Positions 1 through 12,200 of a DNA stretch of 64,000 nt are shown here, one piece after another (the stretch's first letter is position 1; each line of letters opens with the position of its first letter). This stretch comes from Carcharhinus amblyrhynchos (lineage: Eukaryota), in contig OZ336888.1 of assembly GCA_965287045.1 (NCBI GenBank), forward strand, positions 16,554,001-16,618,000, written 5' to 3'. The translations under genes and the position numbers were made by a program. The notes below the pieces were generated by a model. The model searched no databases. It saw only the letters and a list, made by a program, of their open reading frames with translations, and was not told the origin of the DNA.

Positions 1-226
1 CATATCCCATTTGCAGCTTCAGTGTTAGTTCATTCTTTCAGTCCTGCCCACACCTCCTTTTCGAAGGAAATGGTTGAAAATTTACTCAAATTTGAATCAT
101 CAATTGGATTTGTGAACCTCACTTTTACACCAAGATCTATATGATGGTTTTCTGGTCAAACTCGACAGGAATATAATGGTGTTGACATTGTGGTGAATTG
201 GTTTCATTCTTTTTCTTCTTCTTCAG

Positions 227-286
227 GAAGGGTCACTATAACAGTGAAACCATCTACAGCTGGGCCCCCTCCGGGCTCCACATCGG
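227..286 (+). CDS. PTS micro-exon B (60 bp), GRVTITVKPSTAGPPPGSTS; first of 19 copies
   Basis: ttttcttcttcttcag|GAAGG...ACATCGG|gtgagt; phase 1-1. Confidence 0.85.
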
Positions 287-3200
287 GTGAGTAACGGCTT
301 CTTTTCTTCAACAGCAGCAAGAGCAGGAAACAAGTGCAATAAAAACAGGTGGTGCTGGAAATATTCAGCAAGGCTGGCAAGACCTGCTGAGTATTTCCAG
401 CACTTTCTGTTTGCATATCAGATTTCCAGCAAGCACAGCATTTTACATTTCATTCAGTGAAAAACTGTGTTTATCGATGTGTTTCCGTTTGGGTCAGTCA
501 GAGGCCAAGCACTCCCGTGAACTGATGGGGATGTTTGATGTCATCAGGAATCCTTCAGGACAGCCCTGAAGTGTTTCTGTTGTCCCGCAGGGGTCTCCTT
601 CTATCACCTTCTTCAGCAAGTTGATCCAAGGTGGGAGCTGAGATGAAATGCTGTGCGCGTCAGCATTCACACCAGTGCAGTGTTGTCAAATTCACCTTTT
701 AGACAACGCCCGTCCATTTGTTTAGTCTTGTTGTTCTTTCGTTGTGGTTGCAAGTGAATGAATAGTTGAGGACACCTGAATCGCATTGTACTATTTCAAA
801 TATTAAATTTGCAACAAGCCAATGAAATAAATCTCACAATGGAACACTGCTGCCTTTTCTATTCTACGTCAGTTGATTTGATTGTGTTTCTTGTTCTTCA
901 GAAGTGACCACTAAACCAGGGACACCAATTACAACCAGCTCCACTACCAGCTCCACACCGGGTGAGTGACGGCTTCTTTTGATGCACAGCAGCAAAACCA
1001 GAGGCAAAAACTGTTCAGTTGGAACATGTTCCAGGCAGTGGAAAGACATTACTTTGTACTTTTTCACCATTAATTTTCGTATTCAGGTCAGAATTCCAGC
1101 AGCACCGCTCTTGGGATGAAAAGGATGAATGGATATGGGGTTAAGGGGGAACAGGATATTGAATTTGATGATCCGCCATGATCAAAATGAATGGATGAGC
1201 AGGTTCCAAGGTCCGAATGACTTCTAGTTTCTATGTTTACATTTTCTTCAATGAAACAAATGACCTTGTTTCAACACACATTAGAGGTTCATCATTTCAC
1301 CATGGGGAGCACTGTGACCATACTTTCCAAAGGGAAATGGAAGACATTCTTGCTCTTTGAATGAAGGTAGATCCAAGGTGGGAGTTGGGGTGAAATGCTG
1401 TGCGCATATGCGTTCATACCAGTGCGCTGTTGTCAAATTCCCATTTTAGACAATGCCCGTCCATTAGTACTGTCTTGTCGCCCTTTCCATGTGGGTGGAA
1501 GTGATTGAATATTTGATGCCAACTAAATCCAGCTGTTATATTTGAAATAGAACCAAAAGAATGCAGATGCGGGAGATCGCGAATAAAAACAGAACATGTT
1601 GAAAGAACTCAGCAGGTCTGGCAGCATCTGTGGAGAGAAACAGATTTAATATTTTGGATCTAGATGATCCTTCTATGTCTCCTGTTCCCCCAACACTGGT
1701 GCCATAGGTAAGAAAGCCCATCAAAGCCCCTACTTTCTCAGAAGGCTGAAGAAATTCAGCATGTCTGCTACCAGCTTTGATAGAAGAATCACAGAAAGCA
1801 TCCTTTCCAGCTCTTTTGCAACTTGGTATGGATTCTGTTCTGTCCAAGACTGCAAGAAACTTCAAAAGGTGGAAACGAAGCCTCGTCCACCATGCAAATA
1901 GTCTCCTATCCATTGACACTGTCCATACTTTCCACTTCCTCAAAAAAGCAGCCAGCATAATTAAAGACCGCATACATCCGGAACATTCTCTCTTCCACCT
2001 TCCACTGTCAGCAAAAAAACCTGAGGACACTCACCAACCAACTCAAGAACACCTTCTTCCCTGCTGCCACCAAATTTTGGATCATGGGATGGCAGATGAG
2101 TCCAATGGACAATCTGCACATTGTATTAATTTGATCTTTCTCTACACCCTAGCGATCACTGTAACACGATATTAGGCTCTGTTTCCTTTTCTTCTCCCCT
2201 GAGTACTCTACGAACAATATTCTTTGTCTGTGCAGTGTGCCAGAAACAATACTTTTCAACCTATACTAATAGATGAGACAGTAATAAATCAAATCAAATC
2301 AAAACAAATCCTTCTGCAGAAAGATCATTCAGATCCAAACCGTGAACTCTCTTTCTTTCCTCAAATGCTGGCAGATCCGCTGAGTTCATCCAACATTTTC
2401 AGTACTTATGTTCTATTCTAAACAGCATGTTTGCAGCAAAGCCAATCAAATGAACCTTGCAGTGGAACAGTGTTTGCTTTATGTCACATTTCATTGTGTT
2501 TCTTATTCTTCAGAAATCATCACTACAACAGTCAAACCAACAACAACCAGTTTCACTACCAGCTTCACATCAGGTGAGTGAAAGCTTCTTTTGACACACA
2601 GTAGCAAAACCAGTGTTGCAAACTGTTGAGTTGGAGCAATTTCCAGGCAGTAGAAGGACACTGCTTCACACTTATTTCTAGTTAGTCCCTGACTTCCCAA
2701 GTGAACTGGTTCAAAACGGACTGATTCAGATGAAGCTCAATGAGAACGTGCACATGAGGAGAAATGCTTTCTCTGTGTTTGTGTGTGTACTGTTCTCTCC
2801 TAAAATCTACTTGCTCAACAATATTTCCTGAACCTGTTCCGAAATATCAGCCTGATATTGGAATAATTTCTCCAATGTGCATGACACGATGATGCTGATA
2901 TGCAGCATCTTTGTCAAAGTTCAGCAGTTTCCATGACAGATCTTGTCAATGGATCTTCCCCTTAGCATGGTATGATTGTTAATATTCTTCCATTTTCTTC
3001 TCTCGCTCAGTAATTTAGAATATTTCTGAAACAATAACAAATTTGTAAAATTTGTCTTTCTCCAGTTCAGCTTTGCCTCTTTATTCTCCAAGTTAGTTGA
3101 GCCCGTCACTAGCTGTAGTCAGTATGTTCCTCATTCTTGCTGCCTTATTGTGAATTAAATAAGCTAATGTTGGAAGTCTATGAAAGTTATTTCTTTGTCT

Positions 3201-6200
3201 GCAGTGCCAACAACAACAACAACAACACAGGAAACAACGACCACATCTGGGGAAACTACTACAACAGGTTAGTGCTGTCTCCTTTCAGTATTCACCAGCA
3301 AGTCTGTTCACAGCGGTGTGCTTATCCCATTTGCAGCTTCAGTGTTAGTTCATTCTTTCAGACCTGCCCACACCTCCTTTTCGAAGGAAATGGTTGAAAA
3401 TTTACTCAAATTTGAATCATCAATTGGATTTGTGAACCTCACTTTTACACCAAGATCTATATGATGGTTTTCTGGTCAAACTCGACAGGAATATAATGGT
3501 GTTGACATTGTGGTGAATTGGTTTCATTCTTTTTCTTCTTCTTCAGGAAGGGTCACTATAACAGTGAAACCATCTACAGCTGGGCCCCCTCCGGGCTCCA
3601 CATCGGGTGAGTAACGGCTTCTTTTCTTCAACAGCAGCAAGAGCAGGAAACAAGTGCAATAAAAACAGATGGTGCTGGAAATATTCAGCAAGGCTGGCAA
3701 GACCTGCTGAGTATTTCCAGCACTTTCTGTTTGCAGATCAGATTTCCAGCAAGCACAGCATTTTACATTTCATTCAGTGAAAAACTGTGTTTATCGATGT
3801 GTTTCCGTTTGGGTCAGTCAGAGGCCAAGCACTCCCGTGAACTGATGGGGATGTTTGATGTCATCAGGAATCCTTCAGGACAGCCCTGAAGTGTTTCTGT
3901 TGTCCCGCAGGGGTCTCCTTCTATCACCTTCTTCAGCAAGTTGATCCAAGGTGGGAGCTGAGGTGAAATGCTGTGCGCGTAAGCATTCACACCAGTGCAG
4001 TGTTGTCAAATTCACCTTTTAGACAACGCCCGTCCATTTGTTTAGTCTTGTTGTTCTTTCGTTGTGGTTGCAAGTGAATGAATAGTTGAGGACACCTGAA
4101 TCGCATTGTACTATTTCAAACATTAAATTTGCAACAAGCCAATGAAATAAATCTCACAATGGAACACTGCTGCCTTTTCTATTCTACGTCAGTTGATTTG
4201 ATTGTGTTTCTTGTTCTTCAGAAGTGACCACTAAACCAGGGACACCAATTACAACCAGCTCCACTACCAGCTCCACACCGGGTGAGTGACGGCTTCTTTT
4301 GATGCACAGCAGCAAAACCAGAGGCAAAAACTGTTCAGTTGGAACATGTTCCAGGCAGTGGAAAGACATTACTTTGTACTTTTTCACCATTAATTTTCGT
4401 ATTCAGGTCAGAATTCCAGCAGCACCGCTCTTGGGATGAAAAGGATGAATGGATATGGGGTTAAGGGGGAACAGGATATTGAATTTGATGATCCGCCATG
4501 ATCAAAATGAATGGATGAGCAGGTTCCAAGGTCCGAATGGCTTCTAGTTTCTATGTTTACGTTTTCTTCAATGAAACAAATGATCTTGTTTCAACACACA
4601 TTAGAGGTTCATCATTTCACCATGGGGAGGCACTGTGACCATACTTTCCAACGGGAAATGGAAGAAATTCTTGCTCTTTGAATGAAGGTAGATCCGAGGT
4701 GGGAGCTGAGGTGAAATGATGTCCACATAAGCGTTCATACCAGTGCGCTGTTGTGAAATTCCCCTTTTAGACAATGCCCGTCCATTGGTACTGTCTTGTC
4801 GCCCTTTCCATGTGGGTGGAAAGTAGCTGTAGTCAGTATGTTCCTCATTCTTGCTGCCTTATTGTGAATTCAGTAAGCTACTGTTGGAAGTCTATTAATA
4901 CAACTGGATTTCCAGTCAGAGTGCAGTGGTTTTGAATAATTCTCTTTTCCTGTAGAAGTGACAACTACAACAAAAGGTACAACAGTTTCATCAACAACAG
5001 GTAATTGAGATTTTCCTTCAATATTGAATCTCCCTATTAGACACGCCCTCGGTTTCGATGATGACTTCCTTCCACTAAGGATCATGGGGATTGATGGGGA
5101 TGTTTGATGTCATGAGGAATCCTTCGGGACAGCCCTGAGGTGTTTCTGCAGTCCCGCAGGGGTCTCCTTCTATCACCGCATTCTGGGGAAAGCCGTTGCT
5201 TTGGGAATCTGGTGTCAGGCAATCAAATGTCATCTCCTGCCCAGCAGAAGTGGTTACGTGTAATTGTTGCCTGACTGCTGAATATCTTGTCTTGGGAGAG
5301 GATGCTGTTGTTGGAAAGCCTTTCTTGCCACAGATTAGGAGGACCTTGCAAAGACACTCGTGTTACAATTCTCCAGTGTTTTGTGGTGGCTGCTGTGGGT
5401 TGTCCAATTTGACAAAGCAGAAAAGAGTGTGGTGCTCTGTGCTGTGCGATAAGCCAAAACCTTAGCCTCTTGTTTGTCGTACAGGACCTCAATAATCTTT
5501 TCACATCCTCTTCCAAGTGCACCTTGATCACCATTGGCTCAGACAATTCCAGTCCAGCAATTCAGTCCTTTAGCCTGATCCAATTCCTTTGGGATGGAGT
5601 TCTTTGTAAAGTTCAGTATTCTCAATCTGCAATCAGTGACGTTTTCACATTCACAAAAACAGTGTTGTGACAAGCTCACCCCTGGGAGGTTTCTCTATCG
5701 GAAAATCAGATTGTTAATGTTTCAACAGTTTGATCTGTAAATTTGATCCTTTTGTCCCATTCTGTGTCCTTTTGTGGCTGCTTATTCTAACACATTTTCA
5801 GCATAATTTTCAATCCAGTTCGTAAACTGTACAGTTTGTTCTTCGTGCTGGTGCTCATCGACATTTCCATTCCAAAAGAATTATTTCCAGATGTTGTCAA
5901 AGTTGCTGCCTTGATATCGTGTTGATATTATGGATAAGTTAATTCATTATGATGAAAAAATATGTTTCCAGCATTTCAAATGCAGTCTGGCTGTTCTCAC
6001 ATCCGACATTGCCACTTTTGGTTAGTCCATGAGTGTCTGATATATTCTCCGACATTTCTGCTTTTCTCTTCCAGAGATCGTCTGCCACGGCCATTGGTCA
6101 CCCTGGATTAATGAACATACACCTTCTAAGGACAGCCCTGGCGATTATGAATTGCAGAATCCCAACAAAACAAAATATTGTTCCTTCCCTTCGGAAACAA

Positions 6201-9200
6201 TTGTGGACATTCAGTGTCAGTTTGTTGACCAACCGGACAAACCAATAAGCCAGTCACCAGACAATGTGACATGCGACAAAGACAAGGGCCTCACCTGTGT
6301 ACTCTCTCAAAGTGCTGTGGAGCAGAACAGATTTTGTTATGACTACAAAGTGCGCATTTGCTGTGAGCCAGTAACAGGAATGACCACAACGTCCCCCACT
6401 ACATCTTCCACTCCTGGTAAGTGAGAAATGTACCAATGAGTTCATAATATTTTCAGATTCAATCCAGCTTGTTTTCGACCAAAAAGCAAATGAAGATTTC
6501 TTGATACCCAGTGAGTAGCTGTAATCACCAATTTCTTGAAGATTTGTGCTTCATATCAATAACGTATCCCCGGTGTAAAATTCACAACACTGTGGGAATT
6601 GGAATTTGGTGATTTTGAAAGTTATTTCTTTGTCTGCAGTGCCAACAACAACAACAACAACACAGGAAACAACGACCACATCTGGGGAAACTCCTACAAC
6701 AGGTTAGTGCTGTCTCCTTTCAGTATTCACCAGCAAGTCTGTTCACAGCGGTGTGCTTATCCCATTTGCAGCTTCAGTGTTAGTTCATTCTTTCAGTCCT
6801 GCCCACACCTCCTTTTCGAAGGAAATGGTTGAAAATTTACTCAAATTTGAATCATCAATTGGATTTGTGAACCTCACTTTTACACCAAGATCTATATGAT
6901 GGTTTTCTGGTCAAACTCGACAGGAATATAATGGTGTTGACATTGTGGTGAATTGGTTTCATTCTTTTTCTTCTTCTTCAGGAAGGGTCACTATAACAGT
7001 GAAACCATCTACAGCTGGGCCCCCTCCGGGCTCCACATCGGGTGAGTAACGGCTTCTTTTCTTCAACAGCAGCAAGAGCAGGAAACAAGTGCAATAAAAA
7101 CAGGTGGTGCTGGAAATATTCAGCAAGGCTGGCAAGACCTGCTGAGTATTTCCAGCACTTTCTGTTTGCAGATCAGATTTCCAGCAAGCACAGCATTTTA
7201 CATTTCATTCAGTGAAAAACTGTGTTTATCCATGTGTTTCCGTTTGGGTCAGTCAGAGGCCAAGCACTCCCGTGAACTGATGGGGATGTTTGATGTCATC
7301 AGGAATCCTTCAGGACAGCCCTGAAGTGTTTCTGTTGTCCCGCAGGGGTCTCCTTCTATCACCTTCTTCAGCAAGTTGATCCAAGGTGGGAGCTGAGGTG
7401 AAATGCTGTGCGCGTAAGCATTCACAGAAGTGCAGTGTTGTCAAATTCACCTTTTAGACAACGCCCGTCCATTTGTTTAGTCTTGTTGTTCTTTCGTTGT
7501 GGTTGCAAGTGAATGAATAGTTGAGGACACCTGAATCGCATTGTTCTATTTCAAACATTAAATTTGCAACAAGCCAATGAAATAAATCTCACAATGGAAC
7601 ACTGCTGCCTTTTCTATTCTACGTCAGTTGATTTGATTGTGTTTCTTGTTCTTCAGAAGTGACCACTAAACCAGGGACACCAATTACAACCAGCTCCACT
7701 ACCAGCTCCACACCGGGTGAGTGACGGCTTCTTTTGATGCACAGCAGCAAAACCAGAGGCAAAAACTGTTCAGTTGGAACATGTTCCAGGCAGTGGAAAG
7801 ACATTACTTTGTACTTTTTCACCGTGAATTTTCGTATTCAGGTCAGAATTCCAGCAGCACCGCTCTTGGGATGAAAAGGATGAATGGATATGGGGTTAAG
7901 GGGGAACAGGATATTGAATTTGATGATCCGCCATGTTCAAAATGAATGGATGAGCAGGTTCCAAGGTCCGAATGGCTTCTAGTTTCTATGTTTACGTTTT
8001 CTTCAATGAAACAAATGATCTTGTTTCAACACACATTAGAGGTTCATCATTTCACCATGGGGAGGCACTGTGACCATACTTTCCAAAGGGAAATGGAAGA
8101 AATTCTTGCTCTTTGAATGAAGGTAGATCCGAGGTGGGAGCTGAGGTGAAATGATGTCCACATAAGCGTTCATACCAGTGCGCTGTTGTGAAATTCCCCT
8201 TTTAGACAATGCCCGTCCATTGGTACTGTCTTGTCGCCCTTTCCATGTGGGTGGAAAGTAGCTGTAGTCAGTATGTTCCTCATTCTTGCTGCCTTATTGT
8301 GAATTCAGTAAGCTAATGTTGGAAGTCTATTAATACAGCTGGATTTCCAGTCAGAGTGCAGTGGTTTTGAATAATTCTCTTTTCCTGTAGAAGTGACAAC
8401 TACAACAAAAGGAACAACAGCTTCATCAACAACAGGTAATTGAGATTTTCCTTCAATATTGAATCTCCCTATTAGACACGCCCTCGGTTTCGATGATGAC
8501 TTCCTTCCACTAAGGATCATGGGGATTGATGGGGATGTTTGATGTCATGAGGAATCCTTCGGGACAGCCCTGAGGTGTTTCTGCAGTCCCGCAGGGGTCT
8601 CCTTCTATCACCGCATTCTGGGGAAAGCCGTTGCTTTGGGAATCTGGTGTCAGGCAATCAAATGTCATCTCCTGCCCAGCAGAAGTGGTTACGTGTAATT
8701 GTTGCCTGACTGCTGAATATCTTGTCTTGGGAGAGGATGCTGTTGTTGGAAAGCCTTTCTTGCCACAGATTAGGAGGACCTTGCAAAGACACTCGTGTTA
8801 CAATTCTCCAGTGTTTTGTGGTGGCTGCTGTGGGTTGTCCAATTTGACAAAGCAGAAAAGAGTGTGGTGCTCTGTGCTGTGCGATAAGCCAAAACCTTAG
8901 CCTCTTGTTTGTCGTACAGGACCCCAATAATCTTTTCACATCCTCTTCCAAGTGCACCTTGATCACCATTGGCTCGGACAATTCCAGTCCAGCAATTCAG
9001 TCCTTTAGCCTGATCCAATTCCTTTGGGATGGAGTTATTTGTAAAGTTCAGTATTCTCAATCTGCAATCAGTGACGTTTTCACATTCACAAAAACAGTGT
9101 TGTGACAAGCTCACCCCTGGGAGGTTTCTCTATCGGAAAATCAGATTGTTAATGTTTCAACAGTTTGATCTGTAAATTTGATCCTTTTGTCCCATTCTGT

Positions 9201-12200
9201 GTCCTTTTGTGGCTGCTTATTCTAACACATTTTCAGCATAATTTTCAATCCAGTTCGTAAACTGTACAGTTTGTTCTTCGTGCTGGTGCTCATAGACATT
9301 TCCATTCCAAAAGAATTATTTCCAGATGTTGTCAAAGTTGCTGCCTTGATATCGTGTTGATATTATGGATAAGTTAATTCATTATGATGAGAAAATATGT
9401 TTCCAGCATTTCAAATGCAGTCTGGCTGTTCTCACATCCGACATTGCCACTTTTGGTTAGTCCATGAGTGTCTGATATATTCTCCGACATTTCTGCTTTT
9501 CTCTTCCAGAGATCGTCTGCCACGGCCATTGGTCACCCTGGATTAATGAACATACACCTTCTAAGGACAACCCTGGCGATTATGAATTGCAGAATCCCAA
9601 CAAAACAAAATATTGTTCCTTCCCTTCGGAAACAATTGTGGACATTCAGTGTCAGTTTGTTGACCAACCGGACAAACCAATAAGCCAGTCACCAGACAAT
9701 GTGACATGCGACAAAGACAAGGGCCTCACCTGTGTACTCTCTCAAAGTGCTGTGGAGCAGAACAGATTTTGTTATGACTACAAAGTGCGCGTTTGCTGTG
9801 AGCCAGTAACAGGAATGACCACAACGTCCCCCACTACAACTTCCACTCCTGGTAAGTGAGAAATGTACCAATGAGTTCATAATATTTTCAGATTCAATCC
9901 AGCTTGTTTTCGACCAAAAAGCAAATGAAGAAATCTTGATACCCAGTGAGTAGCTGTAATCACCAATTTCTTGAAGATTTGTGCTTCATATCAATAACGT
10001 ATCCCCGGTGTAAAATTCACAACACTGTGGGAATTGGAATTTGGTGATTTTGAAAGTTATTTCTTTGTCTGCAGTGCCAACAACAACAACAACAACACAG
10101 GAAACAACGACCACATCTGGGGAAACTCCTACAACAGGTTAGTGCTGTCTCCTTTCAGTATTCACCAGCAAGTCTGTTCACAGCGGTGTGCTTATCCCAT
10201 TTGCAGCTTCAGTGTTAGTTCATTCTTTCATTCTTTCCTTTTCGAAGGAAATGGTTGAAAATTTACTCAAATTTGAATCATCAATTGGATTTGTGAACCT
10301 CACTTTTACACCAAGATCTATATGATGGTTTTCTGGTCAAACTCGACAGGAATATAATGGTGTTGACATTGTGGTGAATTGGTTTCATTCTTTTTCTTCT
10401 TCTTCAGGAAGGGTCACTATAACAGTGAAACCATCTACAGCTGGGCCCCCTCCGGGCTCCACATCGGGTGAGTAACGGCTTCTTTTCTTCAACAGCAGCA
10501 AGAGCAGGAAACAAGTGCAATAAAAACAGATGGTGCTGGAAATATTCAGCAAGGCTGGCAAGACCTGCTGAGTATTTCCAGCACTTTCTGTTTGCAGATC
10601 AGATTTCCAGCAAGCACAGCATTTTACATTTCATTCAGTGAAAAACTGTGTTTATCGATGTGTTTCCGTTTGGGTCAGTCAGAGGCCAAGCACTCCCGTG
10701 AACTGATGGGGATGTTTGATGTCATCAGGAATCCTTCAGGACAGCCCTGAAGTGTTTCTGTTGTCCCGCAGGGGTCTCCTTCTATCACCTTCTTCAGCAA
10801 GTTGATCCAAGGTGGGAGCTGAGGTGAAATGCTGTGCGCGTAAGCATTCACACCAGTGCAGTGTTGTCAAATTCACCTTTTAGACAACGCCCGTCCATTT
10901 GTTTAGTCTTGTTGTTCTTACGTTGTGGTTGCAAGTGAATGAATAGTTGAGGACACCTGAATCGCATTGTACTATTTCAAACATTAAATTTGCAACAAGC
11001 CAATGAAATAAATCTCACAATGGAACACTGCTGCCTTTTCTATTCTACGTCAGTTGATTTGATTGTGTTTCTTGTTCTTCAGAAGTGACCACTAAACCAG
11101 GGACACCAATTACAACCAGCTCCACTACCAGCTCCACACCGGGTGAGTGACGGCTTCTTTTGATGCACAGCAGCAAAACCAGAGGCAAAAACTGTTCAGT
11201 TGGAACATGTTCCAGGCAGTGGAAAGACATTACTTTGTACTTTTTCACCGTTAATTTTCGTATTCAGGTCAGAATTCCAGCAGCACCGCTCTTGGGATGA
11301 AAAGGATGAATGGAAATGGGGTTAAGGGGGAACAGGATATTGAATTTGATGATCCGCCATGATCAAAATGAGTGGATGAGCAGGTTCCAAGGTCCGAATG
11401 GCTTCTAGTTTCTATGTTTACGTTTTCTTCAATGAAACAAATGATCTTGTTTCAACACACAAAAGAGGTTCATCATTTCACCATGGGGAGGCACTGTGAC
11501 CATACTTTCCAAAGGGAAATGGAAGACACTCTTGCTCTTTGAATGAAGGTAGATCCGAGGTTGGAGCTGAGGTGAAATGATGACCACATAAGCGTTCATA
11601 CCAGTGCGCTGTTGTGAAATTCCCCTTTTAGACAATGCCCGTCCATTGGTACTGTCTTGTCGCCCTTTCCATGTGGGTGGAAAGTAGCTGTAGTCAGTAT
11701 GTTCCTCATTCTTGCTGCCTTATTGTGAATTCAGTAAGCTAATGTTGGAAGTCCATTAATACAGCTGGATTTCCAGTCAGAGTGCAGTGGTTTTGAATAA
11801 TTCTCTTTTCCTGTAGAAGTGACAACTACAACAAAAGGAACAACAGCTTCATCAACAACAGGTAATTGAGATTTTCCTTCAATATTGAATCTCCCTATTA
11901 GACACGCCCTCGGTTTCGATGATGACTTCCTTCCACTAAGGATCATGGGGATTGATGGGGATGTTTGATGTCATGAGGAATCCTTCGGGACAGCCCTGAG
12001 GTGTTTCTGCTGTCCCGCAGGGGTCTCCTTCTATCACCGCATTCTGGGGAAAGCCGTTGCTTTGGGAATCTGGTGTCAGGCAATCAAATGTCATCTCCTG
12101 CCCAGCAGAAGTGGTTACGTGTAATTGTTGCCTGACTGCTGAATATCTTGTCTTGGGAGAGGATGCTGTTGTTGGAAAGCCTTTCTTGCCACAGATTAGG

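Larger units (their letters stand above)
1..3204 (+). repeat. Unit 1, type II (5' partial)
   Basis: Exons B 227, C 902, E 2514. Confidence 0.95.

Noticed and set aside
591-642. Extra exon after tgtcccgcag using donors at 631 or 643
   Set aside because: Lengths of 40 or 52 nt would break the frame, the peptide is not PTS-like, and the donors are weak.
338-831. AATAAA motifs at about 338 and 826 as intronic polyadenylation sites
   Set aside because: These are expected by chance or derived from TE sequence. The first is mutated in units 9-10, and nothing else supports their use.
1777-2175. 132-aa ORF as a functional protein or active retroelement
   Set aside because: It is one frame of a frameshifted, 5'-truncated LINE remnant with no RT catalytic core.
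6152-6424. Stand-alone 90-aa Cys-rich gene
   Set aside because: It starts at an internal TTG and runs through a canonical GT donor. It is part of the 342-bp CysD exon whose WxxW motif lies upstream.
6599-6832. Poly-Asn ORF (SANNNNNNTGNNDH)
   Set aside because: This is the wrong frame of exon A; the splice phase gives poly-Thr.
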